DNA of 60,370 nucleotides, taken from an uncultured Alphaproteobacteria bacterium (GTDB lineage: Bacteria > Pseudomonadota > Alphaproteobacteria > SP197). Positions within the stretch are counted from its first letter, which is position 1. The number at the start of each line of letters is the position of its first letter. Both the position numbers and the translations under genes were made by a program. The DNA lies in the NCBI GenBank assembly GCA_938048755.1, contig CALIUG010000048.1, positions 1-60,370 of the forward strand, in the 5' to 3' direction. Positions 10,239 to 19,651 of the stretch are shown piece by piece. The notes beneath the pieces were generated by a model, which saw only the letters and a program-made list of their open reading frames with translations, had not been told where the DNA came from and searched no databases.

Positions 10239-11518
10239 GCAACCTGGCGCTTCTTGGTGGCAAGGCTGAAGTCTGGGGTGCGCTGCGCCCGTTCCGTGCT
10301 CTGGGTGATCGTGAACGTGCGCTGGTCAACGAGGTCATGGATGGCGGATTGCTCTCGGGCTTCTACGGTTCCTGGGGCGATGAGTTCTGGGGCGGACCCA
10401 TGGTCAAACGCCTGGAAGGCCTGTGGTGCGACGCATTGGGCGCCCGCCATGTCGTCAGCGTCAACTCCGCGACCTCCGGCCTTTTTGCTGCCGCCGGGGC
10501 CATCGGGCTTTCTCCCGGTGACGAAGTGATCTGCCCGCCCACCACCATGTCGGCAACTGCTGTCGCGCCGATGTTCTATGGTGCGGTGCCGGTGTTCGTC
10601 GATATCGAGGATGAAACCTTCTGCCTGGATGTCGCTGCCACAGAAGCGGCCATCGGGCCCAAGACCAGGGCAATCTTTGTTGTCAACCTGTTCGGCCATC
10701 CCGCCCGCCTTGCCGAGCTTCGTGCTCTTGCCGACCGTCATGGCATTTTTCTGGTGGAAGACAATGCGCAGGGGCCGTTTGCCATGGAGAACGGCAAGCC
10801 GGCTGGCACCATCGGTCACATCGGCGTCTTCAGTCTGAATGTGCACAAGCACATCCAGACCGGGGAAGGCGGCCTTTGCGTCACCGAAGATGAAGACCTT
10901 GCCCTGCGCATGCAGCTGATCCGCAATCACGGTGAAAACGTCGTGGGCGACGTCGAGGTCGAGGACATCGCGAACACACCGGGCCTCAATTTTCGCATGA
11001 CGGAGCTTTCCGCTGCCGTAGGCGTGGGTCAGATCGAACGGGCGGATGAGATCATCGGCGGGCGCGTCGCCATCGCCGAACACCTGACCGCAGGCATCGG
11101 CGAGATCGAGGGGTTCAAGGTTCCCGCCGTACGGGCCGACTGCCGTCACGTCTATTATGTCTGGACCGCTGATATGGACCCCGATGCCCTTGGCATCCGC
11201 CGTGAAACCCTGCTGGCTGCACTGCATGCCGAAGGTGTGCCGGCTGCGGGTGGTTATGTGCCGCCGCTCTATCGCCTGCCCATGTTCCGCGAACGCCGTG
11301 CCATCGGGCGTGATGGGTTTCCGTTTGCCGGGTCCAACCGGTCCTATGCCGACGGCCTGTGTCCCGTTGCCGAGCGCCTGCATGAAACCGGTTTCGTGAC
11401 CTATGAGATCTGCGGCTTTGATCCCGATGCCAAGCAGCTCGACCAGATGGTTGCTGCCTTCCACAAGGTGTTCGCGGGTCGTGAGCAACTCGCCGCCTGG
11501 GAAAGGGATCAGGCGTGA
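10235..11518 (+). CDS. DegT/DnrJ/EryC1/StrS family aminotransferase
   Basis: [33 protein letters not shown] (PLP Lys), GLNFRMTE. Confidence 0.9.
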   Translation: MSNLALLGGKAEVWGALRPFRALGDRERALVNEVMDGGLLSGFYGSWGDEFWGGPMVKRLEGLWCDALGARHVVSVNSATSGLFAAAGAIGLSPGDEVICPPTTMSATAVAPMFYGAVPVFVDIEDETFCLDVAATEAAIGPKTRAIFVVNLFGHPARLAELRALADRHGIFLVEDNAQGPFAMENGKPAGTIGHIGVFSLNVHKHIQTGEGGLCVTEDEDLALRMQLIRNHGENVVGDVEVEDIANTPGLNFRMTELSAAVGVGQIERADEIIGGRVAIAEHLTAGIGEIEGFKVPAVRADCRHVYYVWTADMDPDALGIRRETLLAALHAEGVPAAGGYVPPLYRLPMFRERRAIGRDGFPFAGSNRSYADGLCPVAERLHETGFVTYEICGFDPDAKQLDQMVAAFHKVFAGREQLAAWERDQA

Positions 11519-12264
11519 GTCTGCCGCGCACCGTTGCCAGCATCGAGGCCCGCATGGGCTCCAGCCGCTTACCCGGCAAGGTGCTGATGGATGTCGGCGG
11601 AAAGCCCGCCCTGACACGGTTGGCGGAGCGCCTGCGTTGTGTGGAACTGCTGGACGATATCGTGCTCGCCACCACGACCGCGCCCGGTGATGACGCGCTG
11701 GAAGCCTGGGCCCGGGACGAGGGGGTGGCCTGCTACCGGGGCAGCGAGGAGGATGTTCTCGCCCGCGTGGTCGAAGCCCAGCAATCGGTTGGTGGTGAAC
11801 TGGTTGTGGAGGTCACGGGCGATTGCACCTTGATGCCGCCCGATGTCATCACGCTGGGTATCGAGACCTTCCATGCCAACCGCGCCGATGTGGTGAGCAA
11901 TTGCGGGCCTGTGCAGACCTTTCCCATGGGTGCAGATGTCCAGGTCTTTCCGCTGGCCCTGCTGGCCGATGTTGCGGCGACCGTCGATGACCCTGCGGTG
12001 CGCGAACATGTTTCGCTCCACTTCTATGACAATCCCGACCGCTACAGGATTCACAACATTGTCGCGCCGACGCTCTGGCATCAGCCGGACTGGCGTCTGC
12101 AGCTCGATTATGAAGAGGATCTGGCGTTCATCCGTGCGGTCTATGCCGAACTGGAGCCGGTGCATGGTCCTGTCTTCGGACTGCCCGAGCTCATGAACCT
12201 GCTCCATGCGCGCCCCGACCTGGTGGCGCTCAACATCGACTGCGAAGAAAAGGCGGCGCGGTGA
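11515..12264 (+). CDS. SpsF-like cytidylyltransferase (standalone)
   Basis: IEARMGSSRLPGKVL, GSEEDVLAR, TGDC, REHVS, RLQLDYEEDL. Confidence 0.87.
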   Translation: MSLPRTVASIEARMGSSRLPGKVLMDVGGKPALTRLAERLRCVELLDDIVLATTTAPGDDALEAWARDEGVACYRGSEEDVLARVVEAQQSVGGELVVEVTGDCTLMPPDVITLGIETFHANRADVVSNCGPVQTFPMGADVQVFPLALLADVAATVDDPAVREHVSLHFYDNPDRYRIHNIVAPTLWHQPDWRLQLDYEEDLAFIRAVYAELEPVHGPVFGLPELMNLLHARPDLVALNIDCEEKAAR

Positions 12265-13259
12265 GCGGGTTCGTGACGGCGCTCTTTGGTTGTGGCCAGA
12301 TCGGTGCGGGATATGCCGCGGATCCGCGCATGGCAGAGCACTACCGGTATGCCAGCCACACCCAGGTTCTGGCCGAACATCCCGCCTATGACTGGGTCGC
12401 TGCCGTGGACCCGGCTGAGAGCCATGCACAGGCATGCGCCGAGCAATTTGGCGTGGTTGCCTCTGGAGATGTCGCCGGCCTTTCCGATCGGGAAGCGATC
12501 GAAGTCGCGGTGCTGGCGACGCCGCCGGGGACGCGCCGGGCCTTAATCGAAGCGCTGCCCAACCTCAAAGCCGTGCTGGTCGAAAAACCGCTGGGTGCCG
12601 ACCTTGCCGAGGCCAGGGAGTTTGCCGCGCTCTGCAAGGCCCGGGGCCTTGTTGTTCAGGTCAATCTGCCGCGCCGTGCCGATGTCCGGCATCGCGACCT
12701 TGCCGAGGGTGGATTGGCCCGCGCCATCGGTGATGTACAGGGCGCCTTCATGATCTACGGCAACGGGCTCCACAACAACGGTACGCACATGGTGGACCTT
12801 GCACGCATGTTGCTGGGCGAAGTGGCGGACGTGAGCGTTCCTGCCGGTGCGACATCCCATGCCGGTAGCCCGCTCGATGGGGATGGCAACATGCCGTTCT
12901 CCCTGGTCATGCAGTCGGGGGTCACGGTGATGGCCCTGCCGGTGGGGTTTGATCACTACCGGGAGAATGCGCTCGATCTCTGGGGCACGGACGGCCGGTT
13001 GTCTCTCGTCAGCGAAGGTCTTCGTTTGTGCCGCTTCGAACGGCGCGAGAACCGCACGACCACGGGTGCCTTTGAAATCGCCAGCGACGACCCGGTCGTC
13101 GAAACCACGTCCATGGGTGAGGCGCTTTATGCCGTCCATGATGATCTGGCCCATGCGCTCCAGTCGGGGACCACGCCGGCCAGCCCGCTTGATTCGGCGC
13201 TGGAGACTTCCGCGGTAATCGAAGCCATTCATGAACAGGCCCTTGCGGTGGCGGCCTGA
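12261..13259 (+). CDS. Gfo/Idh/MocA family oxidoreductase
   Basis: GCGQIG, LATPP, VEKPL, VNLPRR, GLHNNGTHMVDL. Confidence 0.85.
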   Translation: MSGFVTALFGCGQIGAGYAADPRMAEHYRYASHTQVLAEHPAYDWVAAVDPAESHAQACAEQFGVVASGDVAGLSDREAIEVAVLATPPGTRRALIEALPNLKAVLVEKPLGADLAEAREFAALCKARGLVVQVNLPRRADVRHRDLAEGGLARAIGDVQGAFMIYGNGLHNNGTHMVDLARMLLGEVADVSVPAGATSHAGSPLDGDGNMPFSLVMQSGVTVMALPVGFDHYRENALDLWGTDGRLSLVSEGLRLCRFERRENRTTTGAFEIASDDPVVETTSMGEALYAVHDDLAHALQSGTTPASPLDSALETSAVIEAIHEQALAVAA

Positions 13260-14362
13260 TGCGCATGCTGGCCTATGTCGAAGATCCCGGCGCGGCAAAC
13301 TGGTTCGTGCCCATGGTGCGGGCCATGCCCGATGAGGACATCACCCTCCTGGCCGCAGGCGCAGCGCTCCGTTATCTGCGCGACCGTGGCCTGGAAGCCG
13401 CAAACGTCGGAGAAGATGCAAGGGCAGACGATCTGTTGGTCCAGTATGCGCCGGATCTCGTCGTGACCGGAACGTCGGAGAATCTCGAGAGCCTGGGTCT
13501 TGCACTGATCGATGCCGCGCGGAATGCCGGGATTCCCAGTGCTGCGCCGGTTGATCAGACGGCCAATGCGCAACATCGGTTCCGTGGTACCAGTGACGAT
13601 CCGCTTCGCCATGTGCCCGACCTCGTCATGGTCGCCGATGATATAGCCTTCCGGGCGTTTGCAGGCCTTGGTGTTTCCGAGGCCGCCATCGCGGTCACCG
13701 GCAATCCGCATCATGACCGGGTGCTTTCGGCCGCCGCAGGCTTCTCAGAGCAGGGCCGTGAGCCGCTGCGCCGAGAGACCGTGCCCGGGGCCGCAACGCG
13801 TCCGGTGATCGTCTTCCTTGCCGAGGTCGGCTACGCCGTGAATCCGGAAGCCGACCACTGGAACGCGACCCTCAACTTTGAAGGACGCGACGGCACGGCA
13901 CCGCGGTGTGCCCGCATGCTCGAAGAAGTGCTGGATGCCGTGGAGCAGCTCTCGTCACGGCCCTGGTTCGTCCTGCGTCTGCACCCAAAGAACGCCCAAG
14001 AGGAGTTCGCGGCCTATCGGCAGGAAATCGATCAGGTCAGCACAGGTGGTGATCCCCTGGCACTGGTCTGGGCTGCCGATATGGTCGTCGGCATGTCGGG
14101 CTCCCTTCTGGAAGAGGCCCACCTGATGGGCCGTCCCTGCCTTTCCATCCTGCCCCATGCGGCGGAACGCGACTGGCTGCCCGGGATCGCTTCTGGCGCC
14201 ATTCCCGCCGTTGAGGACCGGGCTGCGCTCCACACACATCTGTCCGGGCCCTGGCAGGCGGCAGAAGTGACCTATCGGGCCGGTGGCGCAGGTGTTGCGA
14301 TGGCCGAGGCGCTGCATCGGCTTGTGACGGCACATCACGGCGCAGCAAGGCAGACGGCATGA
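13259..14362 (+). CDS. GT-B-fold protein, putative ulosonate or phosphotransferase (HP motif)
   Basis: DPGAAN, PDLVMVAD, VTGNPHHD, LRLHPKN, ADMVVGMSGSLLEEAHLMGRP match a GT-B C-terminal pattern. Specific family not established. Confidence 0.6.
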   Translation: MRMLAYVEDPGAANWFVPMVRAMPDEDITLLAAGAALRYLRDRGLEAANVGEDARADDLLVQYAPDLVVTGTSENLESLGLALIDAARNAGIPSAAPVDQTANAQHRFRGTSDDPLRHVPDLVMVADDIAFRAFAGLGVSEAAIAVTGNPHHDRVLSAAAGFSEQGREPLRRETVPGAATRPVIVFLAEVGYAVNPEADHWNATLNFEGRDGTAPRCARMLEEVLDAVEQLSSRPWFVLRLHPKNAQEEFAAYRQEIDQVSTGGDPLALVWAADMVVGMSGSLLEEAHLMGRPCLSILPHAAERDWLPGIASGAIPAVEDRAALHTHLSGPWQAAEVTYRAGGAGVAMAEALHRLVTAHHGAARQTA

Positions 14363-15096
14363 CCGGCTCCATGCTCAGGGTTGCGGCGCTCACGACACAG
14401 GACGGCATTCTGGGCGGTCGCATTCTGCGCGGCATGCTGGATGCGGGTGTCGTGCTGGATGCCGTGTTGCTCGATCCAACCCCGTGCAGCGCGCGTGAAC
14501 GCGAGATTCATGCGCTGCGCACAGATGACCGGTTGCCGTCTCTGTCTCTGGCACTCCTGGACGACGCAGGGGTCGAATGCATGGAGGTCGAAGACCACAA
14601 TGCGCCTGGTGCCATCGCGTTGGTGCGTGAGCGCGGCATCGACCTTCTGGTCAACGCTGGCACGCCGCGGATTGTCAGCCCTGCTTTGCTGGATGCTCCA
14701 ACCCTGGGCGTTCTCAACTGCCATCCCGGACGGCTTCCCGATTATCGCGGATCCTGCGCTGTGGAACACGCCATCTTGGAAGAACAACCGGTTGCCAACA
14801 CCGTTCATCTGATGAGCGAAGGCATCGATGAAGGTGCGGTTCTGGAGGTGCGCGAGGTCGATCTGACCGGTGTTGCGACGTATCCCGACCTGCGCGTGGC
14901 GACCTATGTGCAGGGGTTCGCGTTTCTGGGAGCCTGCGTTGCAGCCCTGCAGACCGGCGAGAGAACACGGGACGATTTTATCGAGCAGGGTGCGGGGCGC
15001 TGGAACGGACCGGTCGACGACGCGACCATGTCGGAGGTCGAGGCGCGTGTGGCCGATGGTCGCTATGCCCCTCTGCAGGCGGTCTCGGTGGCATGA
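14359..15096 (+). CDS. Formyltransferase-family protein (putative sugar N-formyltransferase)
   Basis: LNCHPGRLPDYRG and GIDEG motifs of the N10-formyl-THF-dependent formyltransferase fold. Confidence 0.82.
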   Translation: MTGSMLRVAALTTQDGILGGRILRGMLDAGVVLDAVLLDPTPCSAREREIHALRTDDRLPSLSLALLDDAGVECMEVEDHNAPGAIALVRERGIDLLVNAGTPRIVSPALLDAPTLGVLNCHPGRLPDYRGSCAVEHAILEEQPVANTVHLMSEGIDEGAVLEVREVDLTGVATYPDLRVATYVQGFAFLGACVAALQTGERTRDDFIEQGAGRWNGPVDDATMSEVEARVADGRYAPLQAVSVA

Positions 15097-15629
15097 AGCT
15101 GGCCGAACCCCTGATGACCGAACGGCTGATGTTGCGAACGCTCGAGTCCGCGGATGCCGGTGGCGCCTATCTCGCCTGGATGAACGATCCCGAAATCATG
15201 CGCTACACCGAATCCCGGTTCGCCAGCCATGATGCTGCAGCGCTTGAAGGGTTCATCGAAGCGATGAATGCCAGCGCGGACAATCTCCTGTTGGGGCTGA
15301 TCACGGCCGATCAGGGCAATCACATCGGCAACATCAAGCTTGGCCCCATCGACGGGCACCATCAGCGTGCCTGGATCGGCATCATTATCGGAGACCGCGC
15401 ACGCTGGGGGCAGGGGCTTGCCAGCGAAGCCATCGACGCGGTTGCGCATCACGGGCTGACCGATCTGGGCCTGCGCCGTATTGCTGCCGGCATCTATGCC
15501 GATAACCAGGGTTCCGTCGGTGCGTTTGCGAAGGCCGGGTTTCATGAAGTTGCGCGGTTGCCCGGCTGGAGTCTGAGCGAGGGCGTTGCCACCGATGACG
15601 TCATCATGATGCGGGGAGGAGACCTGTGA
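15093..15629 (+). CDS. GNAT N-acetyltransferase (RimJ/RimL-like)
   Basis: YLAWMNDPE, HIGNIKLGPID, IGIIIG..RWGQGLA, NQGS..AFAKAGF. Confidence 0.87.
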   Translation: MKLAEPLMTERLMLRTLESADAGGAYLAWMNDPEIMRYTESRFASHDAAALEGFIEAMNASADNLLLGLITADQGNHIGNIKLGPIDGHHQRAWIGIIIGDRARWGQGLASEAIDAVAHHGLTDLGLRRIAAGIYADNQGSVGAFAKAGFHEVARLPGWSLSEGVATDDVIMMRGGDL

Positions 15630-16549
15630 ACCTTCTGCGTCAGGCCATCTCGGATCAGCTGTTTCGTCATTCCATCACACGCCATCGCAGCCGTCTGGGC
15701 TGGCGCGATGCGCCGCGTTACAGCGCCGATTGGGAGGCCTGCAGACAGGCCATGGTCGAGCCTTTGCCGGACCCCGGTGACCTCTCTTCCAGCATCACCG
15801 ACTTCAAGCGTGATGGCGTGACGTCGTTTCATTCCCCCGTCACCCAGGCCGTGGCGCGCAGCATGACCGCGACTCTGGCGCGCCGTGAATCGGCAGGAGA
15901 GATGGTCTGGCAGGATGACCCCCAGACCATCGGCAACAACCGATATGCCGGAGAGGTCTGGCGTGATTTCCCCGAACTGGAAGACCTGTTCCGGGCTGAT
16001 CTCGGCATCTTCCTGCAGCACTACTTCGGCTCTCATTACCGCATCTGGTTTGCACTGCTCTATCGCAACAGTCCCAAGCGTGAGATTCGCGTGGGCTCGC
16101 AACGCTGGCACAGCGATTCCGGCCCCGGCAGTTGCGTCAATGTCATGTTTTACCTTGACGAGACCACCCCTGAGGATGGTCCGCTGGAGGCTCTGCCCTG
16201 GCAGGATGCGCTGTCGATCTTCCGCACGGAACGCGCGGCCCTGCGTGGTCAGCCTGATCAGGTTGATGCAGCCGGTGACCGCAATGGTGCGCTTTATGAT
16301 CATTACGAGCGCGTCGTCGCCGATCAGCATCGCAACAAGGTGGTGCAGCCCCATGGGCCTGCCGGACTGGTCGTGCCGTTCCTCAACAACACACTTCACC
16401 GTGGTGGTTTCCCTCAGCCGGGCCATACCCGCACCGCTCTGGTGTTCCACTGTTATCCCGCACGCCAGGCCACGCCCTTTGAGCGTTATCGCGAGCAGGG
16501 TCTGGCCAAGCGTGGCTCCTATCCAAAGGACCCAGGGGAAGACTTCTGA
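15626..16549 (+). CDS. Phytanoyl-CoA dioxygenase-like Fe(II)/2-oxoglutarate oxygenase
   Basis: WHSD (HxD), VMFYLDE..PEDGPL, LHRGG...R distal His and 2OG Arg pattern. Confidence 0.75.
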   Translation: MNLLRQAISDQLFRHSITRHRSRLGWRDAPRYSADWEACRQAMVEPLPDPGDLSSSITDFKRDGVTSFHSPVTQAVARSMTATLARRESAGEMVWQDDPQTIGNNRYAGEVWRDFPELEDLFRADLGIFLQHYFGSHYRIWFALLYRNSPKREIRVGSQRWHSDSGPGSCVNVMFYLDETTPEDGPLEALPWQDALSIFRTERAALRGQPDQVDAAGDRNGALYDHYERVVADQHRNKVVQPHGPAGLVVPFLNNTLHRGGFPQPGHTRTALVFHCYPARQATPFERYREQGLAKRGSYPKDPGEDF

Positions 16550-18247
16550 ATGTCTGACATGCCCATGATGAAGGCGGCGCGGGGCTTCGCCCAGGAAGCA
16601 CGGCTGGTGGCGGGAGACGTGGTCAACCGCGTGCGTGCCATGTCGCCTGGGGCGCGTCGGGTTGCGCGCGACAACATGGCGCTGCGCCGCCAGGGATGTG
16701 ATCTGCTCAACGCGCTGTCGCGTCGGGATCAGGCGCCGGCCTATACCCGGGTTCTGATCGACGGCATGTGGGACAATCCCAATTACTGGACACGCTATGC
16801 CTTGCTGCGTGCCGCCCTGGGCCTCGACAAGGCACAGGAGGCGGGCATTCTGGGCCCCTTCAACCGCGAGAGGGTGACCGCCTCCTTCGACGGCCTGGGC
16901 ATCACCACACTGCACGACTTCACCGTGGATCGCCGCGCCCGTGCCCGGCACAGGGATGCGGCGCGACGCATGGCTGATGCGATCACCAGTGCCGATGATG
17001 CCATGACCCTGGTCTGGCCCCACGGATTCCCGGCGGCGATTGCCTATGACGGCGTCATCCGGCGTCAGCGGCGCGGCGATGTCGATCCAGATGATCCGCT
17101 GCTGGCCGATCATCTTGCCGAGGCGCTGGCCTGCCTGGCCGCGGCAGAGCGCATCCTGGATGAAGCCGATCCGGAACTTCTGGTGCTGAGCCACGCCATC
17201 AACTTCGATTTTGCAGCCCTTGCCTGGCTCGCACTCAAGCGTGGCACGGACGTGGTGGTTGCCTATGGCAACTATGGTGCGAACCGGTTTCTGCGGATCG
17301 ATTCCGAAGAAGCGCTCTATGACTTCTCCAATGTGCCAAGGCGCGACCAGTTTGACGGTGTCTCGCCGGATTCCTTCGATCGCCTGCGTGCCAGCGGCCG
17401 TGCGCTGATGTCGGATCGCCTGGACGGTGCAACCGACGACCTCGGCGCGGTCTATGCCTTCCAGCGCACACGCGCGGCTTCGGGGCGCGATCAGATCATC
17501 GCCGATCTGGGTCTTGATCCCGACAAGCCACTGGTCTGCGTCTATGCCTCCAACTGGTTCGATTTCCCCCACGGCGCGCACATGAGTCACTTCCGCGATT
17601 TCCGTGACTGGATCGATGCGACGCTGGAGGTCGCCTGTGCCACGCCGGAGGTAAACTGGCTGTTCCGCCCCCATCCCTGTGATGTCTGGTATGGCGGGGT
17701 CAACGGTCCCACGCTGGCCGACCTGGTCAATGCCACCGACGAGGCCCATGTCCGCCTGATCGCCTCGGACTGGAACGGCCACGACCTGATGCGCGCGGTC
17801 GATGCGGGGATCACCTATTTCGGAACGGTGGCGATTGAACTCGCCGCAAGCGGCAAACCTGCCCTGCTGGCAGATCTTGGTTGGTATGGTCACCTGGGCG
17901 TGGCCGTGTTGCCGGAAAGCCGGGCTCACTACCTCGATCTGCTCGGGAAAAACTGGTGGGAGTCGCTTGACCCTCGAGAGGCCAGGAGCCGCGCGGAAGC
18001 GTTTGCAGGGTGGTGGTTTGCCATGCCCGACTGGCTCGCTCCGGCGCGTCTGCGTGACGATTCGAACCAGGAAGACATCTGGAAGACGCTGCCGGACTGG
18101 CGGCGTGATGGCACTGAAGCCATCGAGCGTGAGATTGCCTCCATTCGGAGCTGGGCACGGTCCGGGGAGCGCCATCTCCACGTCTTTCGCTGGCTCGAGG
18201 AACTCGAAGGTTCCCAGACCGTGACGGCAAAGGCCGTGAACACATGA
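16550..18247 (+). CDS. Capsule-biosynthesis-type GT-B protein (KpsS/KpsC-like HP motif), putative ulosonate transferase
   Basis: FRDFRDWI..TL, WLFRPHP, DAGITYFGTVAIELAASGKP. Start abuts the upstream stop. Confidence 0.6.
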   Translation: MSDMPMMKAARGFAQEARLVAGDVVNRVRAMSPGARRVARDNMALRRQGCDLLNALSRRDQAPAYTRVLIDGMWDNPNYWTRYALLRAALGLDKAQEAGILGPFNRERVTASFDGLGITTLHDFTVDRRARARHRDAARRMADAITSADDAMTLVWPHGFPAAIAYDGVIRRQRRGDVDPDDPLLADHLAEALACLAAAERILDEADPELLVLSHAINFDFAALAWLALKRGTDVVVAYGNYGANRFLRIDSEEALYDFSNVPRRDQFDGVSPDSFDRLRASGRALMSDRLDGATDDLGAVYAFQRTRAASGRDQIIADLGLDPDKPLVCVYASNWFDFPHGAHMSHFRDFRDWIDATLEVACATPEVNWLFRPHPCDVWYGGVNGPTLADLVNATDEAHVRLIASDWNGHDLMRAVDAGITYFGTVAIELAASGKPALLADLGWYGHLGVAVLPESRAHYLDLLGKNWWESLDPREARSRAEAFAGWWFAMPDWLAPARLRDDSNQEDIWKTLPDWRRDGTEAIEREIASIRSWARSGERHLHVFRWLEELEGSQTVTAKAVNT

Positions 18248-19644
18248 CAGCAACCCAAGAACAGAAGGAACGCGCCATGCCGGAGGCAAAGGTTGTCGGG
18301 CCCGATGATGTCCTGATCCTTTCGGATCCGCTCATCTGGTCGGACCCGCGGTTCCACACACGCCTGCTTGAAGGCCTGCGCAAGGAAGGTTTTGCCGAAG
18401 AGACCCTGGTGGCTCTGGGCGATATCCTTGCCCGGAACAATGTCGGCGACCTTGATGGTCTGGTTGCTCTGGTCGGCAAGAGCGGAGACGAGGCGCTGAA
18501 GGCGGTCGTCGAACATCTGCACAGGATCGCGCAGTTCAATGCGACCTGCTATCTGCGCGACAAGCCCGAAAAGACCCGCGTCATCCAGTGGCCCAACAAC
18601 TCCAAGCTGAAGGCGGACGACCCCGGGCACTACTTCGACATTCTCGAGGATTTTCCCTGCCGTCAGACCCATCGTTTCATCACGCGCGATACGCCCATCG
18701 GCAGTGCGGGCTCGTGTTTTGCCCTGCGCATCGCGCACCAGCTGCAGCTCTGGGGCTACAACTACGTCATCGAGGAGGACGACCTCCCGCCCGATGTGCC
18801 GCTGGACCAGATTCAGGGCACCAACTACCGCATGGCGCCGGCACGCACCGGCACGCTCTTCAATGTGGTGTCCATGCGCCAGATGGTGGAGCGCGCCTTT
18901 GGTGAGTGGGAGCCCGAACATATCCTTTCCGTCGACAAGGGTTTCTGGCTCGACCCGTTCCGGCGTGTGCGCGCTTCTTACAAGGACCTCGATGGATACC
19001 TCGAGGACTATCAGCGTCATACCGATGCTCTGCGCCGCGCCCTCATGGCCTGCGAGGCGTTTGTCCTGACTCTGGGGCCGACCGAAGCCTGGAAGTTCGC
19101 CCATAGCGGTGACTTCACCAGTGTCGGACCCTGGAAGGTCGAGCCGACCCTGGTGCGGGCACACAACCTGACCGTGGAAGAGCATGTCGAGGAACTCGAA
19201 CGCCTTCTTGCCTGCTACAAGCGGCACCGCCCGGGAATCAAGATCATCCTCACGGTCTCGCCGGTGCCGCTCGACAAGACCTATTCGGATCACCTGCATG
19301 TCGTGGAAGCCAACGCGATTTCCAAGGCAAAGCTGCGTTTGGCAGCGGATCAGTTTGCCAGCCGCCACCCCGAAGATGTGTTCTATTTCCCGTCCTACGA
19401 GATCGTCATTTACGGTACCGCGAACCCTTGGGAATCCGACCATCGCCATGTTTCCTCCGAAGCGGTCGGCAGGGTGATGGCGATGTTCCAGCACATGTTT
19501 CTGAAAGAGCGCACAAAGCTTCCCTATAGCGGTCACACGGACGAAGTGGCGCCCGTCTCACCCACCATGATGGGCCGTGCCCGGCAACTGGCCGGTCCTC
19601 TGCGACCGCATCTGGGCGCCTTGCGCCGCAAGCTGGGGATCTAG
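18244..19644 (+). CDS. GSCFA domain-containing protein (SGNH-like) with N-terminal extension
   Basis: SAGSCFA, FVLTLGPTEAW, ILTVSPVPL, SKAKLR, YFPSYEI, DHRHV. Confidence 0.88.
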   Translation: MTATQEQKERAMPEAKVVGPDDVLILSDPLIWSDPRFHTRLLEGLRKEGFAEETLVALGDILARNNVGDLDGLVALVGKSGDEALKAVVEHLHRIAQFNATCYLRDKPEKTRVIQWPNNSKLKADDPGHYFDILEDFPCRQTHRFITRDTPIGSAGSCFALRIAHQLQLWGYNYVIEEDDLPPDVPLDQIQGTNYRMAPARTGTLFNVVSMRQMVERAFGEWEPEHILSVDKGFWLDPFRRVRASYKDLDGYLEDYQRHTDALRRALMACEAFVLTLGPTEAWKFAHSGDFTSVGPWKVEPTLVRAHNLTVEEHVEELERLLACYKRHRPGIKIILTVSPVPLDKTYSDHLHVVEANAISKAKLRLAADQFASRHPEDVFYFPSYEIVIYGTANPWESDHRHVSSEAVGRVMAMFQHMFLKERTKLPYSGHTDEVAPVSPTMMGRARQLAGPLRPHLGALRRKLGI

Positions 19645-19651
19645 AAAAACC

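Noticed and set aside
15542-18289. 915-aa - strand ORF and other long antisense ORFs (1108-2739, 10061-11617, 17929-19536, 28377-29987)
   Set aside because: They shadow motif-bearing + strand genes, show no recognisable motifs, and are expected in high-GC coding DNA.
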